IMG/VR virus record: IMGVR_UViG_3300027872_000004
Coordinates: 6,319 to 70,318 of that record
DNA length: 64,000 nt
Direction: 5' to 3' (one strand)
Source: a virus
The notes under the pieces are model-generated. The model searched no databases, was not told the origin of the DNA, and saw only the letters and a program-made list of their open reading frames with translations. This document shows, piece after piece, positions 56,501 to 64,000 of this stretch. Both the position numbers and the translations under genes were made by a program. Numbering within the stretch: the first letter of the stretch is position 1; every line of letters begins with the position of its first letter.

Positions 56501-58657
56501 GAAATTTTTTGCCCATTCCGCATCGACCATATTTCTGGCTGTAGGCTTTTTCCCTGGAGTTGGTTTCGCTCGCGCATGTCGTTGCAATGGAGGCATCGAA
56601 CCAGCCAAATCAGCAATCGACTCAGGGATCTCTAGTTCTGTTTTTGATGAATCGTTTTTCGAGATCTGATCACCGGCATACAGGCGCACACTCTGCCTTT
56701 GCAGTCCTGGCTCTCTCCGCTTGTATGTTTCCTCCTCCCTGCCAGAAGGTGAGACACGCTGATACCTGATAGCATCATCATCAGGCTCTCCCTGGGCCGC
56801 TTGTTGTGCCAGCTCCAGGATCACTTTGAGTTGATCTTCCAGAGACGAGACCTGCTTGTGACCTGCCGGTAATGCTTCGATTTGATCAGTGATCTCGATA
56901 ATCTGGTTGTACTGTTCTTCACTGAGGCCAGCCCATCTCTTTGCCAGGCTGTCCTGGATAGCTGGATTCAACTTGGAAAAGCCAGTTATCTGTTCGACTG
57001 GCGGTTTCATGAACTCAGGACGCAAAACCCTGTCGCCTTCCAAGATAATTTCCTCGACCTCCTCATCGACCTCGATGCCAGTTTCAGCCTGGCGAAGCTG
57101 CTCAATCAGTCGCTTACCTTTGGGCAAGATCATGACCCGTTCTTCCTCACCGATGAACCGGCCGTATTTCTCGTTGGTCAGGGTGAACTGCTCATCGATC
57201 GTCAGTGGATCTCCCCTGCCGGCCCGCTCCAGCAGATCCAGATCCACGTCCAATTTATTCAGACCCATAGCCTTGGCTTCAGCCTCGGAGATCTCGCCGG
57301 CCTCCTCAGAGGGCAGGACTGTCTTTCCGCGCTTCGCCTTCTTCGGATCGAGCTTCAGGTCTGCCTGGGTGGTGTCGCGATACAGCGGGTGCGTGAGTGA
57401 TGCCAGGGAGCCGCCAACACCGAACCCGATGATGGCCGAACGCTTCAGCATCTGGAGACCTTCCTTGGTGGTGGTCATCTCCAGCAGGGCCTCACCGAAG
57501 CTCATCTCCTTATCGATGATGCCCTTGGTGTACGCTTCCTGAATAAGCTGCGTAAGCGGCTCCTGGAGAGCCTCAGCGCCGCCTGCCTTGAGAACCCGCG
57601 CCAAGAACCTACCGCCCTCCTTGGTCAGTATGCCCAGTGGTACACGTTCTGAGACGATCTCAGCAGCAGCATTGACTATCCCATCCATGACCGATTCGCT
57701 GTGCGAACGCCCCTTCTCGATCGACTCAGCATACTGGTCAGCAAATACCTGCCCGCCCATGAAGGCAGCGCCCACTGATGGACTCCTGGTTACAGCAGCC
57801 GCGATCAATGCCGGCGCCATATTGATCGATCCCTCGATGATCGCTCCGGCGTAGTACTTGGCGCTGTCCTCCCTGACGTTCGGCTGGTAATTCTCCAGGT
57901 ACTGCTTTGCCTCCTGGGTCATGCGGAGACCTTCTTGCAGGTCCGCGCTCTCTCCGGTCTGCTTGAGCAGTTCCATGTAGTAGTCGGATGGTTCCTTACC
58001 CTGGGTGAAAGCCTCGACTTCCAGGGCGAAGCTGTCTTCCGGAGCAACACCCTGGTCTGCGGCCGACTCCAGGATGTAGGCAAGATCTCGTGGCGCGTTC
58101 AGAAACATTTTGGCGCCGCCGTACTGGCGTTTGAACATGGCCGGCACGTTGGTTATCGTGTCCCAGATCACCAGGCCCCAGGGATCCTCTCCTTTGGTCT
58201 TCTCGAACGAGGGAGTTTTACCGCCCATCATTTCGACCTTGACCGGTTCACTCACCTGGTCAGGATCTCCACGCAGGTAATCAGTCAGCGCGATCTCTGC
58301 TTCTTCCTCGGGTAGCTCTGCCTGGCCGGCGCGTACCAGGGCTGAGTGAGAGGGTGGCTTGCTCCTACCAGGCATGGTGCCAGGCACGTTGCCACTACCG
58401 AAGATGTCACGGTTCAGCTTGATGTTCTGCTTGGTGATCTCCCGCGCTTCGTCGCGAGTGAACTTGCGCTCAGGCTTCAGGTTCTCGCGCCAGTCCTGGA
58501 ACGCATCGAAAGCACCAGAGAAAAATCCAGGCTCCTCCGGATCCGGAATAGAGACACGAGATGGCAGCGTGGTATCACGCTCCTCATCGACGATCGAAAC
58601 AGGTTGAGCTTCCTCGACCTCTTGTTCGTCTTCTTCGGCTACGATCGATACAGGCAT
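47573..58657 (-). CDS. giant polyvalent internal virion (ejection) protein, 3694 aa
   Basis: N-terminal Gly/Ala helices; PPase-like (DQVDVFVG, FDEHKVMLG); JAB (HNHPSG..S..D); zincin HEVIGH; acidic tract; EIQSDWHQ; C-terminal LPD38-like. Confidence 0.85.
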   Translation of the reverse strand: MPVSIVAEEDEQEVEEAQPVSIVDEERDTTLPSRVSIPDPEEPGFFSGAFDAFQDWRENLKPERKFTRDEAREITKQNIKLNRDIFGSGNVPGTMPGRSKPPSHSALVRAGQAELPEEEAEIALTDYLRGDPDQVSEPVKVEMMGGKTPSFEKTKGEDPWGLVIWDTITNVPAMFKRQYGGAKMFLNAPRDLAYILESAADQGVAPEDSFALEVEAFTQGKEPSDYYMELLKQTGESADLQEGLRMTQEAKQYLENYQPNVREDSAKYYAGAIIEGSINMAPALIAAAVTRSPSVGAAFMGGQVFADQYAESIEKGRSHSESVMDGIVNAAAEIVSERVPLGILTKEGGRFLARVLKAGGAEALQEPLTQLIQEAYTKGIIDKEMSFGEALLEMTTTKEGLQMLKRSAIIGFGVGGSLASLTHPLYRDTTQADLKLDPKKAKRGKTVLPSEEAGEISEAEAKAMGLNKLDVDLDLLERAGRGDPLTIDEQFTLTNEKYGRFIGEEERVMILPKGKRLIEQLRQAETGIEVDEEVEEIILEGDRVLRPEFMKPPVEQITGFSKLNPAIQDSLAKRWAGLSEEQYNQIIEITDQIEALPAGHKQVSSLEDQLKVILELAQQAAQGEPDDDAIRYQRVSPSGREEETYKRREPGLQRQSVRLYAGDQISKNDSSKTELEIPESIADLAGSMPPLQRHARAKPTPGKKPTARNMVDAEWAKNFIDRVKSVYPLITNMAIENAFLEGEGIGAMFQNIQARRKTQGIQVTNAMFAAIDALIKKYDMVREGVAITAEEDEISPTETFRSDKDEPRRSIRARQKAATRRVEEPKSEAIKEAGTYRKAHMRIDSLPVTIETAKGMERSGVDKSGKPWSITMQDDYGYIKGTESKERDGKGGFDQVDVFVGEYPDSGRALIVNQKKDPDRPIGSNNFDEHKVMLGYRTTEEAMEGYRRNYDDGGALLGSAVAMTTKELREWLDAANTKRMAVTDGNVSSIDEVQITETLASETAKPESRDELHPQSVEEGDVRYEIHRSQLGANVPGTNQVEQQVYTVNLAADPNDFASPNVKLIETGIFRSGLKKVTDASQVAHLVAPLRREAQESLMAVVTDEQQNVLSVIRHSIGATDAASAQIPIYLGSVFAIDGAKNVWMVHNHPSGEGSQSLADERLAAKFRRQLDKTGIDFKGSVVVAPGGKASYLAPHSASSRSISIQPLARTEDISVVERRFRNFGKPGRRIESPKDTVAAARATSPGEHAILLNTKHQVVAIVPVDDWKLLRTEDSTSGAGRILAAVSKSNASAMIVVANDQEAAKNALTFGDNTDIRALDAVLGPNRDQAFSGMPGFHDRNTTYFHRRPDKLSRFRGTNAGRGKTVDEIQAVLRPIYSMFRTVPPVRVVQSIEDLPRHLRLTLETEEDRRNTTGIYDQGAFMDDIYIIANNVTDTAEAIETMLHEVIGHFGLRQTIKPWEFDAVMDKVAESFPKEVREIAKLYGHDWNNINERRVAAEEFIAHTAQRVLAGRKVKSQARKLLDEIVKALKNFIRYMTGKATMFTDGQIMSMIAESSNFVQSASGYKRSVQRGRLRHMSSPYYFSQAWTAFNDSDTKAASADGWMQFVKGQINKGKMKQSELDWMGLKEFMEDITWDDVFYAAAGGFGHHDETFSALKDVFPRDKYDLLVQHRRLGEQNGAIREKARKLQLEAFNQEYRETAELAAKYNAKAKRIKDEWIKDNDYLQFLPVNEQRDLAVDEEIYESMNGELEAFGRTSPKKIPKDTILSFITRNGVGIEMYQPGGEAEDLYFDEDSPDEQTAPDEDDWYEHWEPIEQFHWGSVYPDMLIEVHSEHGWDPDLEADPDIAKEADMDLEELNYETDNWDGTTEETMKEEAEDRTREDIEQDYYTEERDEWVEKNTQKSWYSGNYSIQTDSDGDFVVTHMEEGADHGYYSNFDDAVQAADEANQEGASGRWKEYMLEPTGEDYQELLFKWTNPRGGGYGSSGHWGEEEDMVAHARLDTRKDLNGEDAYYVDEIQSDWHQEIRDAIKSKLEEVHAEHEYDPDYVNPDGTIGGGDAWDETSPADMLIEARDQAISNPTEQDRWKKKAEADYKELRNHREKMMSDIRSWGYYMSDPLATLVDRLVTGAYTGVAQSMLRTYSSNIAGARTKRGEILGHQQVEIQDEIYESHGFYADLTEIENLSFAAYRKARKSEAGQQLDAKLISVDEFNEKMKEFVWDNGVSVKQFNATGDDPAGWMQDLYEDNFANKVGKYRNAKRKPRDLPDWTGTTFNEIEMEVLSAASKKLLDPTNEEARAKRYREVTSKTLNKDLWDKALIHEETQDRSWGGAYAGRIPELWIRLSEVMDKLSTQSRAGEHVVNKEDFERAEVKPFTFSIDKTMYTDMGARVLEFHESKERYERFKSGMTFAPFEKDWQLLVMKGLIADAVRNGHDRIYLSKGEVHGVRWSGAETVDELRFNKEGFMADDKTIDMFTGKPKEIKRGSFRIILVNPAGGRVIETNSRDLRTIVGDRAARFILEHEDDSGLVSGEDVGLKSLLIPTSGGGKRLTGSRVIYNVITPQMLNKFLKKFKAKVVDTWIPGSEGSISVREQVERQGLAVRTKPGKHWERWKQARVRRLTTDEVIKHISGGVNSEMYEEAWGNTVIAPEDRGIWGSEVPAEEDPNVFRLQGGYHQNRQDAQNALDEALKSASERAWGYEAWEIEFTDKLKETARSGFPLFHKRGKKKTGDPGLDDALNWAEKNIGPQGPRSLERLQQRINEVIAIEEKQVKIEQAMVDQFSGLKWAIKQTHGHELPAEINAYKQAHFTTSMDSQMFVFLTHGVPYWEKVGAGTITGIKPGSKGLLEVLEPVADKITYWGYWKAAVRADRLLREGREALFTRERIDELLKLGERFPEFQTVSDAFNDWKTQFLDWAEEAGVLNSDTRPLWDQADYVPFYRIKSDEMGGSFAKRAGMGGPGIANVAQPIKRLLGSKHPLGDILENIIINFQHIATATMKNKASQLAVENLKETGLITPAKGQDFMKQEFIPMDELKRKLRKAAVDWEAMSPEALAGMQKMWTLQRPQGDNFMSVLYNGKKKWFEVHEETLLRSLTAINEKKFASLMGRMGMWLPRKFKRLGTSMITLTPGFMAANWFRDIFMAFVNSRHAKLPRPWSAATGAWKAFTKSDEMISMMAAGGAFYSGYINANDPISTVKAMKRALRQTGFKNRVLDAPWKIFHFYNDIAAASENANRIGSAYIPAIKAGAGKAEAVWESKDIMNFAKHGDHAIMQFFAQSVMFLNARIQGLVRYGQRFQEAPGITFTKSMLYAMAVLAVWLKNKDEEWYKALPPEEKDMYVHFKVNGKHWRLPKSFEVGMVFGVGVERMFEYYYSNEDDAGRVAIDRLWFVLGEVFNFFNPQTIVPLPQFIAPLFEATTNWNAFFQAPIVPEYMQDIAEVKPELVFRSSTSPSMRELAKVMPNFSPDIMRNPLLMEHLMRGYLATLGGYVMMLSDDLVRKQFDYPARPELRWSKIPLVGRFYRGEEVPARSSFEEIMYDVRNNARQIERAVNQMERLEMDDEIDEFMEEGSKYDPNYTNQEVLDASKAMESSYNEIKKLRKDTTDLWEDEDMTPEQKSRELNDLYREKLENAKDAWMERPGAAEIQIEALQETLIDMPPQQRTDYLAKQRLDHTAELLSSLPKNPRAGFVKTLEGQS

Positions 58658-59892
58658 TACTTCACTTCTTCAAGTTTTCCATCTCGCTTGCGAACTTTCT
58701 TACCGTCCGACAGGGTGTAAATCTTCCCTGGCTTCATCGTGTCGATCTCCGATTGCGGCAATCCAAACGTCTGCACTTTTTCCGATTTCTTCCTGTTGCT
58801 CGTGACGTTGCCTGAGTTGATCACTGCGATACGACGATCGACCAGGTTGCTGGCAACCTCGGTCTGCTGATCTGGATTCATGTTCTTCCAGCGTGTCGGC
58901 ACACCATTGATCATGTACTTCGCACTGGCGTTGTCCGGATCCTCCAGCCACTTCATGACGCGATCAGTCTGGTCAGCACGAAGCACCTGCGGGAACGCCA
59001 CCTCTCGCACACCCTTCGCATATGCGAGCGCACGTTTTCTGCATGCACTTGCCGCATTACCACTGAGGCCCTCACAGAACTCGCCCTCGTAGGCCAGACG
59101 ATCGACCTGGGTAGCGAACATCTCGGTCTGGTCTCCCTTGACCGGCTCGCCATCCATCAAGACCGGTGTGGCTTGCTGGGTGTCCTTGTTGATCACCATC
59201 AGATTGCCATCGGCATCGGTCTTCACCACCGTCTGCGCGGCCTCCGATCGCTTAATCTGAGCCTCCTTGCGGCGACGTTCGAGTGCATCGATCTGTGCCT
59301 GGCGCTTACGCTCAACATCCAGCGTCTCGCGACCGACATGACCCTTCAGGGCTGCTGTACCAGCCAGTCCGATATCGCCGCCCAGGGTGCCCTCACCAGT
59401 ACCAGACTGAGCCATAAGGTTCAGTCCGAACTCCAGCAAGATCAGGCCCTTTTCCTTACGACTCATGCCCTTTTCCGGTGGCGATCCGGTGGCTTTCTGG
59501 TACGCATCGTCGAGCTTGACCCCTTGCCCCTCGACTGCATCGATGGCCGCATTTATGTCCGTTTCGTCGTGTTTTTTAGCCAACTCGGAGAAGCTGTTCT
59601 CACCACCCATATCGGGTGGTTTCTGCTCTGGCGGGAAAGCCTGCACCTCTGGCGGTTGGCCAGACGTATCAAAGCTCGGTGCCGGCGCCGGGCCGGGCTG
59701 TGGCTGAGGACCGAACGCTGCTTCTGGCGAACCTGTTGGCTGTCCACCTGGGCCGACCGGTGTGATCGGACTCAGTGGTTCGCGCTCGCCACCAGGAAAA
59801 GTTCCGGCTCCTCGTTTCTGTGGCTGCCCGAGAACGATGTTCTCCAGGGCCGGGACGTTGGATTCAATATACTTCTGAAGTAGCTGTCCCAT
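58657..59892 (-). CDS. DNA ejection protein
   Basis: Pro-rich N-terminus, FGLNLMA amphipathic helix; position. Confidence 0.6.
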   Translation of the reverse strand: MGQLLQKYIESNVPALENIVLGQPQKRGAGTFPGGEREPLSPITPVGPGGQPTGSPEAAFGPQPQPGPAPAPSFDTSGQPPEVQAFPPEQKPPDMGGENSFSELAKKHDETDINAAIDAVEGQGVKLDDAYQKATGSPPEKGMSRKEKGLILLEFGLNLMAQSGTGEGTLGGDIGLAGTAALKGHVGRETLDVERKRQAQIDALERRRKEAQIKRSEAAQTVVKTDADGNLMVINKDTQQATPVLMDGEPVKGDQTEMFATQVDRLAYEGEFCEGLSGNAASACRKRALAYAKGVREVAFPQVLRADQTDRVMKWLEDPDNASAKYMINGVPTRWKNMNPDQQTEVASNLVDRRIAVINSGNVTSNRKKSEKVQTFGLPQSEIDTMKPGKIYTLSDGKKVRKRDGKLEEVK

Positions 59893-60800
59893 TACGATAC
59901 TCCCGCATCAGTAGCTTCTATGGCTGATGGATCAAGTGCACTCCCGGCTGCCTGCCCAAAGAGCGACATGCCACCAGTGAAGTAGGCAGCGGTGACCGTG
60001 GCAGCAGCGCCGAGGATTGCCTGAAACTCACCGCCCTTGGTCTGGGTTTCGGTGGTTGCTGTCTCGCCGTGCGGAACTGTTCCGAGCGCCGCCAGCAGTG
60101 GTTGCAGATTGGTGATGTCCCAGTCTCTGGCCTCGATGAACTGTTGGTAGTCGAAGTCCAGATTGGATTGTTCCAGGCTACGCTTCAAACCACCGGTCAC
60201 GAGCAGTGTCTGAGCCTCCTGGGTAAGCTGCCGTTGGCCCTGGGCACCGATCGCCCGGAACTGGTCTGAGGCAGCACGAGCCGCTACGCGATCCTGGTCG
60301 AAGCGGGTAGCCGCCGACTCGAAAGCAGATTTGTATCCCTCGGCATACAGGTCCGACAACGCTTCGCGACCTCGTGTTGCGGTCTCCGTTCTCAGCAACG
60401 TCGCTCTGGATCCACCGAACGCTTCAGCCTGGCCGGCACCCTGTTCAGCGAGATTCTGCTGACGAAGGTTCTCCTCGCGAACTTCGCGAGCTGCTGGATC
60501 CAGGGCGCTCTTGATGAACGGATTCATGTACGCCTCGATATCCGCATCAAGGAAGGACTGAGCCCCTTGCTCTGCGAATGTTCGAGACGTTTCTAAATCT
60601 TCGCGGTACTGCCCTCCCTGTTGAGCAAGGTCGTAAGCCTGCTGCTCATTGGGATCGAAGGTTGCAACACGCTGCTCCTCATACGGAGTGTATGGGCGAG
60701 AAGCAATCTTCTGACCCAGGCTGACAGCCTGTTTACTGCCCGCTTCCAGCCACGCTGGAATCTCCCGCTTCTGTGTCGTCGTCTTGGATTTCTTGGACAT
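59892..60800 (-). CDS. DNA pilot/ejection protein
   Basis: Gln/Ala coiled coil; YMNPFI; AFGGSR; Gly-rich hydrophobic tail. Confidence 0.7.
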   Translation of the reverse strand: MSKKSKTTTQKREIPAWLEAGSKQAVSLGQKIASRPYTPYEEQRVATFDPNEQQAYDLAQQGGQYREDLETSRTFAEQGAQSFLDADIEAYMNPFIKSALDPAAREVREENLRQQNLAEQGAGQAEAFGGSRATLLRTETATRGREALSDLYAEGYKSAFESAATRFDQDRVAARAASDQFRAIGAQGQRQLTQEAQTLLVTGGLKRSLEQSNLDFDYQQFIEARDWDITNLQPLLAALGTVPHGETATTETQTKGGEFQAILGAAATVTAAYFTGGMSLFGQAAGSALDPSAIEATDAGVS

Positions 60801-61311
60801 CGCTAGGTGCCCTCACAAAATTCCCGCCACCGTACTGGTAGCCTTTTCGCTTCATCAACTTGTCTTTCAAGTCGGTGTCGCGCCCGGTCATCATTCCGAT
60901 AATGATGGGCAACCCTTTCCCTGTTGCCGGATCTCCGTGTTCGTCCGCGAATATCTCTGCTGCTGTGATCAGTTGATCGGCAACGTCTGTATCTCTCCAG
61001 CTTGGCAGTACATACGTCCACTCGTTCTGCATCACCCAATCGTCGCTCCAGTCATCTCTGGCCAGTCCCATTCCCATGGCGGCGACGATTTGTGTTCGTT
61101 CCTCCTGATTGACCGTGTAGTGCCTTTCGGCAATGACCACGTATCCAATATCGATCAGCGTCAGTACGTGAGAGATCTGCTTCATCTCGTTAATGCTGAT
61201 CGTCGAGTACCAAATATCTTTCTTCTGTTCTCCTGCTGCCCGCTTCAACAAGTGAGTAATGTCAATTACATCCCAGGGTGTTGCCCTGCGAATCTTTACC
61301 TTCTTGGCCAT
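60733..61311 (-). CDS. GNAT-fold acetyltransferase-like virion-module protein
   Basis: IRRATPWD; YVLPSWR..DVA.QLI..A motif A-like; GYQ..G. Confidence 0.6.
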   Translation of the reverse strand: MAKKVKIRRATPWDVIDITHLLKRAAGEQKKDIWYSTISINEMKQISHVLTLIDIGYVVIAERHYTVNQEERTQIVAAMGMGLARDDWSDDWVMQNEWTYVLPSWRDTDVADQLITAAEIFADEHGDPATGKGLPIIIGMMTGRDTDLKDKLMKRKGYQYGGGNFVRAPSDVQEIQDDDTEAGDSSVAGSGQ

Positions 61312-61336
61312 GGCGGCTCTCCTTTATCCAACTCCG

Positions 61337-62107
61337 TTATTTACCAGGCCCACCTCTCAGGGCAAGCCATCTTCCGAACGTCAGCAAGTTTAACGCAACC
61401 TGCTGACCAAACGTATCTGGAACCACATGGTCGGCCAGTAACGCATCCCAGAACGATCCGACATCCGCATTGGTCAAGGTCGCAGAGGCGCTCCTTGCCC
61501 GAACGATCTGGGTAAAAGCAGTCGGAAAAACGGGTGACTGCTCAGCATCTAATTCATCCAATCCAACCAGGTTCCCTCCTGAGATCTCGCACTGAATGAT
61601 GTTCCAGATCTTGTAGACATCACCAATCGTGTACTGATTGAGCGTCCCAGCTCGGAGAACGCGAGTGATAGCCTGGCCCTCTCCAACAATCCGCAATACC
61701 TCAGTGATCGATTCATCCGTGAAGTTGATCACGACCGCTCCGCGACGAACCAGGTCAGTCACCAGGGATCCTGCTGCGTCAATCAATGACGCGCCCCCGG
61801 CATCTCCTGTCGTGATCGTCCCTGAACTCGTTACCGTAAGCCGAGACTCGAACGCTACCTGGGAGTCCAGCATGGTCGCCGTGATTCCTACCTCCTCTCC
61901 AAGTCCGATGTTTTCCTTACCCGATGAATCAATCAACGGAAGATCGTCCAGGTTTTCGAGCGAGTCATCATTCTCGCTCGCCTGCAAGGTGTTCGACTTC
62001 AGACTGTCATGTAAATCCTGAATGATGATTCCAACACTCGGGGAGGCGATCTCGACAATACGAGGATCCTCCTCCCAAAATGTCGTCAGGTCGGTACGCT
62101 CAGTCAT
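61337..62107 (-). CDS. tail-associated hypothetical protein
   Basis: Beta-rich; tail operon. Confidence 0.5.
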   Translation of the reverse strand: MTERTDLTTFWEEDPRIVEIASPSVGIIIQDLHDSLKSNTLQASENDDSLENLDDLPLIDSSGKENIGLGEEVGITATMLDSQVAFESRLTVTSSGTITTGDAGGASLIDAAGSLVTDLVRRGAVVINFTDESITEVLRIVGEGQAITRVLRAGTLNQYTIGDVYKIWNIIQCEISGGNLVGLDELDAEQSPVFPTAFTQIVRARSASATLTNADVGSFWDALLADHVVPDTFGQQVALNLLTFGRWLALRGGPGK

Positions 62108-63999
62108 TACGGCAGATCTACGATCGTGTCAGGAGACTGAACCACACCGCCAGTGAAGCCGTTGAGCGAGAACTGACCGGTCGATACGAACGGCTTGAAT
62201 CCCTTCAGCCTGGCCTTGAAGACCAGCTCGATGTTGGCCACGAACTGAATCGTGTTCGTCACCGAAGCGGCAGCCGCGATCTCTCGGATGAACGCAACGT
62301 GCACGTTATCGTCGAGCGTCAGATTCACACTACCTGTCACCGCTCCAATCGTTCCTGAAGTCAAAGTGAAGATATTGGTGGTTCGGTTCACCGCGTTGTA
62401 TGGGAACTGCAAGAAGTTGCCGGTGTCATTCGGATCCAGAACATACAAAACCCCGGTATCCGGAACATCTGCCGGCAACGGACTCACCGTCCTTGAGTTG
62501 GCGCCAACCAGGATGGTCGAATCTGCCGCCTGGTTGTTGCCACCACCGACTACTCCGACATCGAACTCGTTTCTTAGAATTACAAAGAGACCAGCACCGG
62601 TCGAACGGAAAGCCGCAACGCGCCATCCTGAATCAACACCAGCAATAGTAAGCGACTGGAGATTCGGCGGATTGCGCAGTACGCCGTTGTCATCGACAAC
62701 CGAGAACGATCTGATATCCGCAGCAGACAGGAATCCGGTATCGAGGAACCAGCCTTGACCTAACGCCATGGATCCGGTGAACGTACCAAACGGTGCACCA
62801 GGTTTGACTTCGGTGTAAGCGTCCTTGAGCCTGCGGAACAAATTACCGATAGTGGCAGGAGCATCTCCTCCTGCCGTGCCCGGCCCACCAATTAAAGTTG
62901 TTTCCTGCTCTGCGGCAGATAGAAACTTGGAATACTGGTAGACGTTCTGAATTGTCTCAGCGCCAGCGGCTACGATGTTCGCACCGACCGTGCCGGCGTA
63001 TGGCTGTGCGCCTTCGCCGTTGTTCAGATCAGCACTGAAGGTGAGAGTTGAGACATACGTTGCCGATACTGTTGGGGTCCAGGTTGCGGCAGAAGAACCA
63101 CCAGTAATGACGTTCAGCCCTGAAAATGCGGCAGAACCTGCATCGACTTCGATATACAAAATATCCGTGGTTACATTCGCGAACACCGCTCGGCCGGTTG
63201 CACCAGTCACCGCTTGAGAAACGGCCTCACCAGGAGTGAAGGTTCCTGCAATCGTTGAGCTAGTCGAATCCGCAGCAATGTCCACAACGGCAAATGCAAT
63301 GTCCGTCGCAAAACCTGCTACCACATCGTTGGTCGCATCGAAACCACCGGTCTCATCGACATCGAAAGTCTTGTTCGACACCTTGGCCGTAACGGATTCG
63401 TTATCAGCAAACTGCGCTCCTGATTTGAGAACGTATTCCACTGTTCCAGCCGCGCCTGCATCGCCTGTCTGAGCAACGACGATACCAACCTTCTGGTTGT
63501 TACCGGCAACGGTGAAGAACTCCTCACCAACCAGCAAGGTCGCCGCCGATCCTAAATCCCACGCAAAGGTATGCGTTCCTTGTGGATTACGATCAGCAGC
63601 CGTGTCATCGGATGTGCCAAGGGCCACCGAGTTGACAACACCACCACTTCCATCGACTTCCGTTGTATCAAAGGTTGAAGTGTAGAACTCGTGATTGAAC
63701 ACAGCGTAGAAGCCACCTTGCTGCGGGTCTCCACCAGGAATCAACTGACCCAGAGCCGGTGTAGCCGGCACCACGAATCTCGTGTCTTCCCTGGTACGCA
63801 CCTTCAGCAAGATATCGATGTTGCCCTCCAGATACCACGGAACAACCTTCAAGCCATTCTGCTCCATGTAGATCTGAGGCTGGCGAAATGTATTCGTGGC
63901 ATCGATCAGGAAGCCAAGCGCACCGATCTTGTTTTGCGCTCCCTGCGTCTGCGGATTGGCCCAGACCTCGGCACCGGTCGTATCGGCCAGGGCACCTTT
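62107..63999 (-). CDS. tail structural/fibre protein, 5'-truncated
   Basis: Frame open to the window edge (KGALADTTG...YMEQNG); Gly/Ala/Thr/Val beta-rich. Confidence 0.65.
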   Translation of the reverse strand, partial: KGALADTTGAEVWANPQTQGAQNKIGALGFLIDATNTFRQPQIYMEQNGLKVVPWYLEGNIDILLKVRTREDTRFVVPATPALGQLIPGGDPQQGGFYAVFNHEFYTSTFDTTEVDGSGGVVNSVALGTSDDTAADRNPQGTHTFAWDLGSAATLLVGEEFFTVAGNNQKVGIVVAQTGDAGAAGTVEYVLKSGAQFADNESVTAKVSNKTFDVDETGGFDATNDVVAGFATDIAFAVVDIAADSTSSTIAGTFTPGEAVSQAVTGATGRAVFANVTTDILYIEVDAGSAAFSGLNVITGGSSAATWTPTVSATYVSTLTFSADLNNGEGAQPYAGTVGANIVAAGAETIQNVYQYSKFLSAAEQETTLIGGPGTAGGDAPATIGNLFRRLKDAYTEVKPGAPFGTFTGSMALGQGWFLDTGFLSAADIRSFSVVDDNGVLRNPPNLQSLTIAGVDSGWRVAAFRSTGAGLFVILRNEFDVGVVGGGNNQAADSTILVGANSRTVSPLPADVPDTGVLYVLDPNDTGNFLQFPYNAVNRTTNIFTLTSGTIGAVTGSVNLTLDDNVHVAFIREIAAAASVTNTIQFVANIELVFKARLKGFKPFVSTGQFSLNGFTGGVVQSPDTIVDLP

Positions 64000-64000
64000 T

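Noticed and set aside
1-64000. CRISPR array, DGR (RT with TR/VR) or IS element
   Set aside because: No regularly spaced repeats, reverse transcriptase or transposase motifs seen; a computational self-dotplot would be needed to exclude short TR/VR pairs

Overview
This window is almost entirely one dsDNA tailed phage genome with podovirus (P22-like) architecture, probably infecting a Gram-negative proteobacterium (Rz/Rz1-type spanins, CsrA homologue, PagL-like protein, sigma70-type promoters). Both ends lie inside minus-strand tail genes, so it looks like a circularly permuted genome lacking one arc. Minus strand 27.5 kb to 1: terS, an ~8 kb island of about 30 small ORFs, terL, PagL-like gene, portal, GroES-like, scaffold, major capsid, head-tail adaptors and tail fibres. 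Minus strand 64 kb to 45.9 kb: tail proteins, GNAT, two ejection proteins, a 3694-aa polyvalent ejection protein (PPase-like, JAB, zincin, acidic tract, LPD38-like) and lysis genes. Plus strand 27.9-32.2 kb: early genes (PAPS-reductase-like, DUF932-like, TOPRIM). Minus strand 36.0-32.4 kb: initiator, DnaB, Ref-like, RusA. Plus strand 36.2-46 kb: RecT, YqaJ, SSB, exonuclease, CsrA. No integrase, DNA/RNA polymerase, RT or CRISPR array was seen. Top oddities: a 180-nt tRNA-like RNA (44657-44836) whose anticodon loop is replaced by a 72-nt structured insert containing an 18/19-nt match to terS; a GGGTRCRG box at the predicted start of six sigma70-like promoters; three Tat-signal ORFs in the terS-terL island; a phage PagL-like gene; and the multi-enzyme ejection protein. 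All family calls come from motif recognition by eye, with no database searches. Many start codons were re-picked relative to the ORF track.
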